Below are positions 10,973 through 21,422 of a stretch of 64,000 nucleotides of DNA, piece by piece (the first letter of the stretch is position 1; every line of letters starts with the position of its first letter). Under the pieces are notes generated by a model. That model saw nothing but the letters and a program-made list of their open reading frames with translations. It was not told where the DNA came from and did no database searches. The stretch covers positions 160,001-224,000 of the forward strand of contig CAVXTP010000006.1 of the NCBI GenBank assembly GCA_963764715.1. Reading direction: 5' to 3'. The translations under genes and the position numbers were made by a program. Source of the stretch: an uncultured Acidobacteriota bacterium. Lineage in GTDB: Bacteria > Acidobacteriota > Thermoanaerobaculia > UBA5066 > Gp7-AA6.

Positions 10973-13363
10973 ATGGCCGCCCTGACCCAGGACGTCCGAT
11001 ACTCGTTGCGCTCGCTGGCGAGGAACCCGGGCTTCACCGCGGTCGCCGTCGCGACGCTCGCCCTCGGGATCGGCGCGAACACCGCGATTTTCAGCGTGGT
11101 CGACGGCGTTCTCTTGCGGCCGCTGCCGTTTCCGGAGCCGGAGCGGCTCCTCACTCTGCCCCACAACGTCTCGCCGCCCGAGCTCGCCGACGCCGCGGCG
11201 ATGACCCGATCTTTCGAGAGCGCGGGCGGCGCGGCGCTCCAGCCCTTCGACCTGCAGGCCGGGGCGCAGCCGGTCCAGGGGATGTCGGCGATGGCGAGCG
11301 GCGCCCTGTTCGAAACGCTCGGCGTCCGGGCCGCGCTCGGCCGCACGCTCTCCCGCGAAGACGACCGGCCGGGCGGTGAGCGCGTCGTGGTCCTCGGCGA
11401 CGCCCTCTGGCGGCGCGAGTGGGCCGCCGATCCGTCGATCGTCGGCAAGTCGATCCGCCTTTGGGGAGCGCCGTGGACGGTGGTGGGGGTGATGGCCCGC
11501 GGGTTCGCGCTGCCCGAGCAGACGGTGGATCTTTACGTGCCGCTCTGGGTCGCCTATCCGACCGCGGCGCCGGAGCGCGGCGTCCACTTCCTGCGCCCCG
11601 TCTTCCGCCTCAAGCCGGGCGTCTCGACGGACGCGGCGCGGGCCGACCTGGGCGCCGCCTTCGCCGAGCTCGGCCGGCTCCATCCCGAATCGGACAAGGG
11701 CCTCGAGCCCGCGCTCACGCCGCTGCTCGAGAACGTCGTCGGCGACAGCCGGCGCGCGATGTCGATCCTCGTCGCCGCCGTCGGCCTGGTCCTCATGATC
11801 GCGTGCGCCAACCTCGCCAACCTCCAGATGACCCGGGTCCTCGCGCGCTCCGGCGAGCTCTCGATCCGGGCGGCTCTCGGCGCCTCGCGGCGGCGCATCC
11901 TGACCCAGATCCTGACGGAGTGCGCGGTGCTCGCGCTCGCCGGCGGCGTCGTCGGCTTTCTGCTGAGCGCCTGGGGCGTCGAGGCGCTGCTGTCGCGGTT
12001 TCCGGACGCCCTGCCGCGGCTGACGAACGTCGGCCCGAACGGGCGCGTCGCCGTTTTCACCTTCGCCGCCTCGCTCGCGACGAGCGTGCTCTTCGGGATC
12101 GCGCCGGCCTGGCAGGCTTCGGGCCGACGCTTTTCGCGCCTTCTCGGCTCGGGCCGCACGGCGGGACTGCGCGAGTCGGGCCGGGCGCGCTCGTCCCTGG
12201 TCGTCGCCGAGATCGCGATCGCGCTCGTGCTGCTCGTCGGCGCCGGCCTGCTGCTTCGCGTCCTGTGGCGCCTCGAGGGCGTGGCGCCGGGGTTCCGGAC
12301 GCAGGGCATTCTGGCGGCGCACATCGACCTGCCGCAGTCCCGCTACGACCGGAGGGACTCGCAATCGTTGTTCCGCCGCCGCCTCATCGCCTCGTTCGAC
12401 GGGGAGCCCGGCATTCGCGCCGCCCTGGTCAGCGAGCTTCCGATGTCGGGCGACGCGCTCGACCACGACTTCGCGATCGACGGAGCGCCGCCGGTCGCTC
12501 CCGGCGACGAGCCCTCCGTCTACTCGCGCAGCGTCCTCGGCGACTACTTCGGCACGATGGGGATCCCGCTGCGCGCCGGCCGGCTTCTCGCGGACTCGGA
12601 CCGCGAGGACGCGCCGCTCGTCGGCGTCGTCAACGAAGCCCTGGCGCGGCGTTACTTCCCGGGCTCCGACCCGATCGGCCGGCGCGTGGGCTGGGCGCGG
12701 CAGCGCGAGATGCAGTGGATCACGATCGTCGGTGTCGTCGGCGACGTGCGGCACTTCGGCCTCGCCGACGACGACCGGCCCGCCGTCTACACCCCCTTCG
12801 TGCAAGCCCCGCAGGACTGGAAACGCTGGTCCGAGCTCGTCGTCCGCGGCCCCGCCGGCGCCGCCGGCCTCGAGGAGCTCGTGCGCCGCAAGCTGCAGGC
12901 GATCGACCCGCTCCTCCCGATCGCGAAGATCCGCCGGATGGACGAGGTGATCGGGAGCTCGCTGACGCGTCAGCGCTTCGGCGCCGAGCTGCTGTCCGCC
13001 TTCGCCGTCGCGGCGCTGGGCCTCGCCTGCGTCGGCATCCTCGGCGTGATGGGCAGCGCGGTCCGACGCCGCCGCGCCGAGATCGGCGTGCGCATGGCCC
13101 TCGGGGCGGCGCCGGGCCGCGTCGTGCGCGAGATTCTCGCGGACGGGCTGCGCCTGATCGGCCTCGGAATCGGCATCGGCCTCGCGGCGGCGATGGCTCT
13201 GACGCGCACGATGCGGAGCCTCCTCTTCGGCCTGCCGCCGACCGATCCGGCGACTTTCGCGGGCGTGGCCCTGCTCCTCGCGGCGGCGGCCGTCGCAGCC
13301 TGCTGGATCCCGGCGCGACTGGCCGCGCGCACGGATCCGATGACCGCCCTTCGGTCGGAGTGA
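10973..13363 (+). CDS. ADOP-family ABC permease, copy 4
   Basis: [21 protein letters not shown]...IACANLANL...DPMTALRSE. Confidence 0.92.
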   Translation: MAALTQDVRYSLRSLARNPGFTAVAVATLALGIGANTAIFSVVDGVLLRPLPFPEPERLLTLPHNVSPPELADAAAMTRSFESAGGAALQPFDLQAGAQPVQGMSAMASGALFETLGVRAALGRTLSREDDRPGGERVVVLGDALWRREWAADPSIVGKSIRLWGAPWTVVGVMARGFALPEQTVDLYVPLWVAYPTAAPERGVHFLRPVFRLKPGVSTDAARADLGAAFAELGRLHPESDKGLEPALTPLLENVVGDSRRAMSILVAAVGLVLMIACANLANLQMTRVLARSGELSIRAALGASRRRILTQILTECAVLALAGGVVGFLLSAWGVEALLSRFPDALPRLTNVGPNGRVAVFTFAASLATSVLFGIAPAWQASGRRFSRLLGSGRTAGLRESGRARSSLVVAEIAIALVLLVGAGLLLRVLWRLEGVAPGFRTQGILAAHIDLPQSRYDRRDSQSLFRRRLIASFDGEPGIRAALVSELPMSGDALDHDFAIDGAPPVAPGDEPSVYSRSVLGDYFGTMGIPLRAGRLLADSDREDAPLVGVVNEALARRYFPGSDPIGRRVGWARQREMQWITIVGVVGDVRHFGLADDDRPAVYTPFVQAPQDWKRWSELVVRGPAGAAGLEELVRRKLQAIDPLLPIAKIRRMDEVIGSSLTRQRFGAELLSAFAVAALGLACVGILGVMGSAVRRRRAEIGVRMALGAAPGRVVREILADGLRLIGLGIGIGLAAAMALTRTMRSLLFGLPPTDPATFAGVALLLAAAAVAACWIPARLAARTDPMTALRSE

Positions 13364-13365
13364 GC

Positions 13366-13425
13366 ATGCGGACCCTCTTCCAGGACGCCCCTGACGGTCC
13401 CATGCGAACGCTGAGAACGGAGTGA
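13366..13425 (+). pseudogene. Remnant of a deleted ADOP permease (N-terminus fused to C-terminus)
   Basis: MRTLFQD-APDG-PMRTLRTE*. The first 7 residues match permease starts and the last 8 match permease ends (PMxALRxE*). Confidence 0.8.
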
Positions 13426-13429
13426 CACG

Positions 13430-15847
13430 ATGACCGGACTCCTCCAGGACTTGCGATACGCCGCCCGCTCGCTCGCCCGGAGCCCCGGCTTCGCGGCCGC
13501 GGCGATCGTGACGCTCGCCCTCGGCATCGGCGCCAACGCCGCGGTCTTCAGCCTCGTGCGGAGCGTCCTGCTGCGGCCCCTCCCCTTCCCGCGCCCCGAC
13601 GCCCTGATGTCGATCGCCGAGGGAAACCCCGAGAAGGGATGGTCGGCGATGCCGGCCTCGGCGCCGAACTTCCTCGACTGGGAATCCGGCGCCCGGTCCT
13701 TCGCGTCGATGGGCGCGTACACGACGGGCCCCGTGGCCCTGACCGGGCGCGGCGAGCCCGAGCAGCTCTCGGCGACCTGGGCGACCGCGGGCTTCTTTCC
13801 GACGCTCGGCGTCGGGGCGGAGATCGGACGGACGTTCGGGGCCGCCGAGAGCCTCGCAGGCCACGACCGCGCGATCGTCCTGTCCCACGGGCTCTGGATG
13901 CGCCGCTTCGGCGGCGACCCGTCCGTCGTCGGAAGCGCCGTCCGGATCGACGGCCAGCCGTACACGGTGCTCGGGGTCATGCCTCCGTCGTTCCGGTTTC
14001 CGGAAGAGGGCGCCGATGCCTGGGTGCCCCTCTCCTTCGGCCCCGACGTCGCGACGCAGCGCGGCGCGCACTACCTCGAGGTCGTGGCCCGGCGGCGGCC
14101 CGAAGTCGCGGCCGACCGGGCGAGCGCCGAGATCCGCGCCATCGCCGACCGGCTGCGCCTCGCCTACCCGCGCACCAACGGGGGCTCCACCGCCGTCGTC
14201 CGGCCGCTCGCGGAGACCCTCGTGGGCGACGTGCGGCCGGCGCTGCTCATGCTGCTCGGCGCCGTCGGGCTCGTGACCCTGATCGCCTGCGCGAACGTGG
14301 CGAACCTGCTCCTGATCCGCGCCACCCGGCGGAGCTCCGAGATCGCGGTCCGCACGGCCCTCGGCGCGAGCCGCGCACGGCTGGCGCGGCAGCTCCTGAC
14401 CGAGAGCCTCGTCCTCGCGGCCGCCGGCGCCGCCGCGGGCCTGGCGCTCGCGGCCGTGTCGCTCGACGCGATCGTGCGCCTGGCGCCCGCGAACGTGCCG
14501 CGCCTGTCCGAGGTGCGGATCGACGGGGGCGTGCTCGGCTTCACCGCGCTCTGGACGCTGGCGGCGGCCCTGGTGTTCGGTCTCGCGCCCGCGCTCGGCT
14601 CGCTCAGGGCCGGGCCGATGCGGTCGCTCCGGAGCTGGGGCAGCGACGCCGCCTCCGCGCGCGGCCCCGTGCGGCTGCGCCGCGTCCTCGTGGCCGGACA
14701 GATTGCGGTCGCGCTCGTCCTCCTCGTCGGCGCCGGCCTTCTCGTCAAGAGCCTGGCGCGCCTCTCGGCCGTGGACCCGGGTTTCCGCGCCGAGCAGGTC
14801 CTCGCGTTCGACCTGACGCTTCCCGAGGCCCGTTATCCGAACGAAGCCCGCCAGGGCGAGTTCACGCGGGAGCTCCTGTCGCGCATGCGCGCTCTGCCCG
14901 GAGCGCAGTCGGCCGCGGCGATCTTCGGCCTCCCGCTGACGGGCCTTTCCTTCAGCAGCAGCATGCGCATCGGGGGCGCGCCCGAGGGCGCCGACGAGCC
15001 CTCGGCCCAGTTGCGCGTGGCGAGCGAGGACTACTTCCGGACGCTCGGCATTCCGCTCGTCGCCGGCCGGTTCTTCGGTCCCGAGGACCGGTACGGCGCG
15101 CCGCACGCCATCCTGGCCAGCCGGGCCGCCGCCCGGCGGTTTTTCCCGGCGGGCGACGCCCTCGGAAAGCACGTCCGGTTCGGGGCGCGCCCGGGCGCGA
15201 CCCGCATCGAGGGCGAGATCGTCGGCATCGTGGGCGACGTGCGCGACGCCGAGCTCGGCGTCGGTCCGCAGCCCGAGTTCTACGCCTCGATCGCGCAGGC
15301 GCCCGTGGCCGGGTTCCACGTCGCGATCCGGACCTCCGGCCGCCCCGGTGCGCTCGCCGAAGCGGTCCGCGCCGCGGCGCACGGGCTCGATCCCGAGATC
15401 GTCGTCAACGGACTCTCGAGCCTCGGCGAGATCGTCTCGCGGTCCGTCGCCCGGCCGCGCTTCACCGCGAGGCTCCTCCTGCTCTTCGCCGCCATGGCGC
15501 TCGCCCTGTCGGCCGTCGGGATCTACGGCGTGATCGCCTTCGCCGTCAGCCAGCGGACGCGGGAGATCGGGATCCGCATGGCCCTCGGCGCCGATCGCCG
15601 CGCCGTGCGCGGGCTCGTGATGCGCGACGGCCTGCGCCTGACGCTCTGGGGCCTGGGGCTCGGCCTCGCCGGCGCGGTCGCCGCGGCCCGCCTGCTCGCC
15701 GGGTTCCTCTTCGAGGTCCGCCCCGGGGACCTCGCGACGCACGCGACCGTGACGCTGGTTCTCCTCGCGGTCGCCCTCCTCGCCTGCTGGATCCCGGCGC
15801 GGCGCGCCTCGCGGGTGGAACCGATGGCCGCACTGAGGTCGGAGTGA
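13430..15847 (+). CDS. ADOP-family ABC permease, copy 5
   Basis: MTGLLQDLRYAARSLARSPGF...EPMAALRSE. Confidence 0.92.
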   Translation: MTGLLQDLRYAARSLARSPGFAAAAIVTLALGIGANAAVFSLVRSVLLRPLPFPRPDALMSIAEGNPEKGWSAMPASAPNFLDWESGARSFASMGAYTTGPVALTGRGEPEQLSATWATAGFFPTLGVGAEIGRTFGAAESLAGHDRAIVLSHGLWMRRFGGDPSVVGSAVRIDGQPYTVLGVMPPSFRFPEEGADAWVPLSFGPDVATQRGAHYLEVVARRRPEVAADRASAEIRAIADRLRLAYPRTNGGSTAVVRPLAETLVGDVRPALLMLLGAVGLVTLIACANVANLLLIRATRRSSEIAVRTALGASRARLARQLLTESLVLAAAGAAAGLALAAVSLDAIVRLAPANVPRLSEVRIDGGVLGFTALWTLAAALVFGLAPALGSLRAGPMRSLRSWGSDAASARGPVRLRRVLVAGQIAVALVLLVGAGLLVKSLARLSAVDPGFRAEQVLAFDLTLPEARYPNEARQGEFTRELLSRMRALPGAQSAAAIFGLPLTGLSFSSSMRIGGAPEGADEPSAQLRVASEDYFRTLGIPLVAGRFFGPEDRYGAPHAILASRAAARRFFPAGDALGKHVRFGARPGATRIEGEIVGIVGDVRDAELGVGPQPEFYASIAQAPVAGFHVAIRTSGRPGALAEAVRAAAHGLDPEIVVNGLSSLGEIVSRSVARPRFTARLLLLFAAMALALSAVGIYGVIAFAVSQRTREIGIRMALGADRRAVRGLVMRDGLRLTLWGLGLGLAGAVAAARLLAGFLFEVRPGDLATHATVTLVLLAVALLACWIPARRASRVEPMAALRSE

Positions 15848-15852
15848 GCGGG

Positions 15853-18297
15853 ATGAACAGCCTCGCCCGCCAGATTCGCTACACGCTTCGGTCGCTCCGA
15901 AAGAGCCCGGGCTTCTCGGCCGCGGCGATCGGGACCCTCGCCCTCGGAATCGCCGCGACGACGACCATCTTCTCGCTCCTCCACTCGGTCGTTCTCGCGC
16001 CGCTCCCCTACCGCGAACCCGAACGGCTGACGGTCCTCTGGGAAGTCGGGCCGGACGGCCGGCTCTGGCGCCCGGCACCGACCTCCTATCGCGCGTGGCG
16101 CGAGCACGCCCGCTCCTTCGAGAGCCTCGCCGCCTTCCAGGGCGCGACATGGACGCTGACGGGCGAGGGCGAGCCGGTCTCGCTCCATGGCAGCCGGGTC
16201 ACGCCCGAATACTTCGATCTTCTCGGCGTTCTCCCGGTCCTCGGCCGCGCCTTCCGGCCGGAGGAAGCGAAATCGGGCGCCGCGCCGGTCGTCCTTCTCG
16301 GGCACGAGCTCTGGGTCTCGCGCTTCGGCGCGGACCCCGGAATCCTCGGCCGCACGGTGACACTCGAGGGCACGCCCCGCACCATCGTCGGCGTGATGCC
16401 GCCCGCACCTTACCCGACCGCGGCCCTGACGATCGGCCGCATCGCCTTCGCTCCAGGAGGGCCGGAGTTCTTCGCTCCCGCCGCGCTCGAGGGCGCAGGA
16501 GCGCCGCGGGGCCGCAGCTACGTGCTCGGCGTCCTCGGGCGCTTGAAGCCGGGCGTGACCCTGGCGGCGGCCCGGCAGGAGATGACGGCGCTCGCCCGGA
16601 GACTCGCGGCCGAGGACTCGAGCAACCGGGGCGCGGACACGCGGCTTGCGCCGCTCGATCTCGAGACGCAGGGTGCGATGCGGCCCGCTCTCTGGCTCCT
16701 CTTCGGGGCGGTGATCTTCGTGCTCGCGATCGGCTGCGCCAACGTGGCGAGCCTCCAGCTCGCGCGGGCCGAGGCCCGCGGGCGGGAAATCGCGGTCCGC
16801 TCGGCCCTCGGCGCCGGACGCGGACGGATCGCCGCCCAGTTCCTGGTCGAGGCGCTCGTTCTCTCCGCGGCGGCCGGCGCCCTGGGAGTTCTCCTCACGT
16901 ACTGGGGGCTGCCGCTGCTCGTCACCCTGGTGCCTCCGGACGTCCCGAGGCTCGGGCAGGTGCGGGTCCACCAGGGGGTCCTGGCCTTCGCGGTCGCCGT
17001 CTCGCTGGTGGTGGGCGTGCTCTCCGGCCTCGTGCCGGCGCTGACCGCGGCGCGCCGGGGCGCCGCGCGCGGGCTGTCCGAGGTGGGCCGGGGCGCGACC
17101 GGCACTCGCGGAGCGCGACGCTCCCTGCGGCTGCTGGTTCTCGGCGAAACCGCGGTCGCCGTGCTGCTCGCCTCGGGCGCGCTGCTGCTGACGCAGAGCT
17201 TCCTGCGGCTCTCTCGGGTCGACCCGGGGTTCCGCGCCGCCAACGTCACGGTCGCGCGATTTTCCCTGCCGCGCTCGCGCTACCAGACCTGGGGCGACGT
17301 CGCCCGCTTCGAGGACGCCCTGCTCTCGAGAGCGCGGGCCCTGCCCGGAGTCTCCTCGGCCGCCCTGGCCTACAACCATCCGCTCGAGGCCCAGTGGATC
17401 GGCGGCGGCGAGGCCGAGCCGGGCACCGGCGATCCCGGCGGCGAACGGTCTCCGTCCTGGTTTCGAGCCGTCAGCGACGGCTACTTTCGCTCGGTCGGTG
17501 TGTCGCTTCTCGAGGGGCGCGACTTCTCCCCTACCGATGACGCGCGGCACCCGGCGGTCGCGATCGTCAACCGGGCCTTCGCCCGCGCGAACTTCCGGGA
17601 CGGCCGCGCCCTGGGGCGCTTCCTGGAGTCCGGCGACGGCGTCTCCTGGTGGGGCGAGGGCCTGCCGACCCGCTTCGAGATCGTCGGCATCGCGGCCGAC
17701 GAGAAGTTCCTGGGCCTCGACAAGGGGACCGCGCCCGCCTACTACCTCACCGTCCGCCAGTTTCCGATCGAGGACATGCAGCTCGTGGTCCGGGGCTCCG
17801 CGTCTGCGCCGGACCTGCGCCGGGCGTTCCACGACCTGGACCCGGCCCTTCCGATCCAGGGCGTTTCGACGATGACGGGCGTCTACGCCGAGGCCCTGGC
17901 GCCCTCGCGCCTGAACATGCAGCTCATGCTGACCTTCGGCGGTCTCGCCGTGGGTCTCGCGATGGTCGGCGTCTACGGGCTGCTTTCCTACGTCGTCGGG
18001 CTGCGCCGCCGCGAGCTCGGCATCCGGATCGCGCTCGGCGCCCGGTCGCCGCAGGTGCTCGGCACCGTGCTCGCGGAGACGGCGCGGCTGGCGCTCGGAG
18101 GAATCGCTCTGGGACTCGCCGGCGCGCTCGCTCTGGCCCCGCTTCTCTCGCGCGTCCTCTTCGGCGTCGCCGCGACCGACCCCGCGACCCTCGCGGCGGC
18201 CGCCCTGGCCCTCGGGGTCGTGATGTTCCTGGCGAGCGGCCTGCCGGCACGGCGCGCCGCCCGCATCTCCCCCAGCGAAGTGTTGAAAGGCGAATGA
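15853..18297 (+). CDS. ADOP-family ABC permease, copy 6
   Basis: [21 protein letters not shown]...CANVASL...[17 protein letters not shown]. Confidence 0.9.
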   Translation: MNSLARQIRYTLRSLRKSPGFSAAAIGTLALGIAATTTIFSLLHSVVLAPLPYREPERLTVLWEVGPDGRLWRPAPTSYRAWREHARSFESLAAFQGATWTLTGEGEPVSLHGSRVTPEYFDLLGVLPVLGRAFRPEEAKSGAAPVVLLGHELWVSRFGADPGILGRTVTLEGTPRTIVGVMPPAPYPTAALTIGRIAFAPGGPEFFAPAALEGAGAPRGRSYVLGVLGRLKPGVTLAAARQEMTALARRLAAEDSSNRGADTRLAPLDLETQGAMRPALWLLFGAVIFVLAIGCANVASLQLARAEARGREIAVRSALGAGRGRIAAQFLVEALVLSAAAGALGVLLTYWGLPLLVTLVPPDVPRLGQVRVHQGVLAFAVAVSLVVGVLSGLVPALTAARRGAARGLSEVGRGATGTRGARRSLRLLVLGETAVAVLLASGALLLTQSFLRLSRVDPGFRAANVTVARFSLPRSRYQTWGDVARFEDALLSRARALPGVSSAALAYNHPLEAQWIGGGEAEPGTGDPGGERSPSWFRAVSDGYFRSVGVSLLEGRDFSPTDDARHPAVAIVNRAFARANFRDGRALGRFLESGDGVSWWGEGLPTRFEIVGIAADEKFLGLDKGTAPAYYLTVRQFPIEDMQLVVRGSASAPDLRRAFHDLDPALPIQGVSTMTGVYAEALAPSRLNMQLMLTFGGLAVGLAMVGVYGLLSYVVGLRRRELGIRIALGARSPQVLGTVLAETARLALGGIALGLAGALALAPLLSRVLFGVAATDPATLAAAALALGVVMFLASGLPARRAARISPSEVLKGE

Positions 18298-18968
18298 ACA
18301 CGATGATTCAGCTCACCAGCGTCGAAAAAGCCGTCGCAACCCGCGCCGGCCAGACCTTTCTCCTCCGCCGCATCGACCTCACGATCGCCGAGGGCGAGTT
18401 CGTCACGATCATGGGACCGTCGGGCGCCGGCAAGTCGACCCTGCTCTCGATCCTCGGCATGCTCGACCACGACTGGTCGGGCGAGTACCGACTCCTCGAG
18501 CACGACGTCCATCGCCTGAAGCCGCGCGAGCGCATCGAGCTCAACAAGAAGTACGTCGGCTTCGTCTTCCAGCAGTACCACCTGCTCGACAACCTCACGG
18601 TGGCCGAGAACCTCGACATCCCGCTGTCCTACCGCAACGTGAAGGGCTCGGAACGGGCCTCGACGGTGGCCGACACGCTCGACCGCTTCCAGATCGTCGG
18701 CAAGAAAGATCTCTTCCCAAACCAGCTCTCGGGCGGCCAGCAGCAGCTCGTCGGCGTGGCGCGCGCGCTCATCGCGAAGCCGAAGCTGCTCCTCGCCGAC
18801 GAGCCGACCGGGAACCTCCACTCCGACCAGGGCCGCGAGATCATGCGCCTCTTCAAGAAGCTCAACGACGAGGGCACGACGATCGTGCAGGTCACGCACT
18901 CCGAGGAGAACGCGACCTACGGCAACCGCATCGTCCGGCTGCGCGACGGCTGGATCGTCAACGACTGA
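18294..18968 (+). CDS. ABC transporter ATP-binding protein (MacB/LolD-type), ATPase 2
   Basis: [43 protein letters not shown] overlap with permease 6. Confidence 0.93.
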   Translation: MNTMIQLTSVEKAVATRAGQTFLLRRIDLTIAEGEFVTIMGPSGAGKSTLLSILGMLDHDWSGEYRLLEHDVHRLKPRERIELNKKYVGFVFQQYHLLDNLTVAENLDIPLSYRNVKGSERASTVADTLDRFQIVGKKDLFPNQLSGGQQQLVGVARALIAKPKLLLADEPTGNLHSDQGREIMRLFKKLNDEGTTIVQVTHSEENATYGNRIVRLRDGWIVND

Positions 18969-18983
18969 GGATCGAGGAGCACG

Positions 18984-21413
18984 ATGTCTTCCTGGCTGCA
19001 GGATCTCCGCTTCGCCGTCCGGCGCCTCGCCGCGACTCCCGGGTTCACCGCGGTCGCCCTGGTGACGCTCGCCCTCGGCATCGGCGCCAACGCCGCGATC
19101 TTCAGCGTCGTCGACGCGGTTCTGCTGCAGCCCCTGCCCTACCGCGAGGGCGAGCGGCTGGTCATGCTCGGCGACCGGACGCCGGACGGCGCCTCGGCCA
19201 ACAACGTCGGGTATGCGACGTACGAGGATCTCCGGGACTCGAGCCGGAGCTTCGAAGCGATGGCGGCCGTGCGGAACTGGAACCCGACGCTTTCCGCGGA
19301 TGGTCAGGCCGAGCGCATCCCGGCGATGCGGGTGACCTCGGGCTTCTTTCCGCTCCTGGGCGTCTCACCCGCACTTGGCCGCGGCTTCCTGCCGGAAGAG
19401 GATCGCCCCGACACCTGGCGCGCCGTCGTCCTCTCGGACGGACTGTGGCGCCGGAGCTTCGGCGCGGACCCTTCGGTCGTTGGCCGAGTGATCCGGTTGA
19501 ACGACATGGATTTTCGGGTCGTCGGCGTGATGCCTCGCGACCTTCGGGAGCTCGTCTCGGCGCGTTATTACGCGAAGGCCGAGCTCTGGGCGCCGGTGGG
19601 TTACGCGAAGGGCCTGCCGTACGCGTGCCGCGACTGCCAGCACCTGAAGGCGATCGCGCGGCTCGCACCGGGGGCGACGCTCGATTCGGCCCGCGCCGAC
19701 CTCGACGGCATCCGGAAGCGCCTCGCTGCCGAGTACCCGACGAGCTATCCGAGCGGCTCGATGGCGGTCGTGCCCCTGTCCCGGGAGCTGACGGCCGGGG
19801 TGTCCGCGCCGCTGCTGGTCCTCGCGGGCGCGGTCGGATTCGTGCTCCTGATCGCCTGCGCGAACGTCGCGAACCTCACGCTCACGCGGTCCCTTCAGCG
19901 TTCCCACGAGATGGCCGTGCGGGGAGCCCTCGGCGCCAGCCGCTACCGGCTCATCCAGCACGTCCTGGCCGAGAGCTTCGTCCTCTGCGCCGCCGGGGGC
20001 GCCCTCGGCCTGGCGCTGGCTTCGGCGCTGCAGACGACGCTGATCCGGCTCGCGCCGGTCGGCGCGCCGCGGCTCGACCGCGTCGGCGTCGACCTTCGGG
20101 TCGTGGCGTTCGCCGCGCTGATCTCGACCGCCGCGGCGCTGCTGTCGGGCCTCCTCCCGGCGGTGCGCGCCTCGGCGGCCCGGCTCACGGAGTCTCTGGC
20201 CTCGCGGACGCGCGGAAGCGCCGGCGCCGCCTCGTCCCGAGCGCGCCGCGTCCTGACCGTCGTGGAGCTCGCCCTCGCGGTCGTCCTCGTCGCCGGAGCG
20301 TTCCTGATGCTCCGGAGCGTGGCGCGCCTGCTGGATACGCCCCTGGGCTTCGCTCCCGAGCGCGTGCTGACGATGGCGGTGACGCTGAGCGGCGACGCCT
20401 ATGCGCAGGACGCGGCCTGCGTGGCTTTCCAGAACCGGGCGCTCGAGCGCGTGCGCTCGCTTCCGGAAGTCGAAGCCGCCGGCTTCGCGGGCCAGATCCC
20501 GCTCGGCGGCAACGGCGACTCGATGGGCTTTCACATCGAAGGCCGTATGAAGGCGAACGTCGCCGAGGATCCCTCCGTCGAACGGTACTCCGTCACGCCG
20601 GACTACTTCCGCGCGATGGGGATCCCGCTCGTCCGCGGGCGCCTCTTCGCCGACGCCGACGACGCCGGCTCCGTTCCGGTCATGGTCGTGTCCGAGACGA
20701 CGGCTCGATCGCTCTGGCCGGGGATCGACCCGCTCGGTGAGCGCGTGCGCATCGGCGGCAACAACGGCCCCTGGCGCACCGTCGTCGGCATCGCCGGCGA
20801 CGTCCGTCACACCGACGTGGCATCGGCCCCGACGCCCCAGATGTACCTGCCGCAGGCGCAGGTGACCGACGGGGCCCTGACCCTGGCCGTCCGGACGCGG
20901 ACATCGGACCCGGAGACGCTCGCCTGGCCCCTTCGGGCGGCGATCCGGGAAGTCGACCCGAGCGTGGCGATCGACAGCATCGCGACCATGAGCTCCCTCG
21001 TGGACCGATCGGCCGCGCCGCGGCGATTCGTGATGCGACTGCTGGCGGCGTTTGCGGCCGCCGCGCTGCTGCTCGCGGCCATCGGCCTTTACGGCGTGGT
21101 CGCGCATGCCGCCGCGCAGCGGACCCGAGAGATCGGAATTCGCGTCGCCCTCGGCGCCACCCCACGGGACGTGACGCGCCTCGTTCTTTCGAGTGGAGCC
21201 GGGACCGTGGCCGCCGGCCTCGTCGCCGGCGTTGCGGCGGCGGTCGTCCTGATGCGCCTGATCCGGTCGGTTCTCTACGAGGTCAGTCCGAGCGACCCGC
21301 TCGCGATCGGCGGCGCCGCCGCCGTCCTCGCCCTCGTCGCGCTCGCCGCGCACTGGCTGCCGGCGCGGCGCACCGCCCGCATCGATCCCGTCGTGGCTCT
21401 CAAGTCGGAGTGA
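18984..21413 (+). CDS. ADOP-family ABC permease, copy 7
   Basis: GAGGAG RBS. MSSWLQDLRFAVRRL...IDPVVALKSE. Confidence 0.92.
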   Translation: MSSWLQDLRFAVRRLAATPGFTAVALVTLALGIGANAAIFSVVDAVLLQPLPYREGERLVMLGDRTPDGASANNVGYATYEDLRDSSRSFEAMAAVRNWNPTLSADGQAERIPAMRVTSGFFPLLGVSPALGRGFLPEEDRPDTWRAVVLSDGLWRRSFGADPSVVGRVIRLNDMDFRVVGVMPRDLRELVSARYYAKAELWAPVGYAKGLPYACRDCQHLKAIARLAPGATLDSARADLDGIRKRLAAEYPTSYPSGSMAVVPLSRELTAGVSAPLLVLAGAVGFVLLIACANVANLTLTRSLQRSHEMAVRGALGASRYRLIQHVLAESFVLCAAGGALGLALASALQTTLIRLAPVGAPRLDRVGVDLRVVAFAALISTAAALLSGLLPAVRASAARLTESLASRTRGSAGAASSRARRVLTVVELALAVVLVAGAFLMLRSVARLLDTPLGFAPERVLTMAVTLSGDAYAQDAACVAFQNRALERVRSLPEVEAAGFAGQIPLGGNGDSMGFHIEGRMKANVAEDPSVERYSVTPDYFRAMGIPLVRGRLFADADDAGSVPVMVVSETTARSLWPGIDPLGERVRIGGNNGPWRTVVGIAGDVRHTDVASAPTPQMYLPQAQVTDGALTLAVRTRTSDPETLAWPLRAAIREVDPSVAIDSIATMSSLVDRSAAPRRFVMRLLAAFAAAALLLAAIGLYGVVAHAAAQRTREIGIRVALGATPRDVTRLVLSSGAGTVAAGLVAGVAAAVVLMRLIRSVLYEVSPSDPLAIGGAAAVLALVALAAHWLPARRTARIDPVVALKSE

Positions 21414-21422
21414 GGTGACGAG

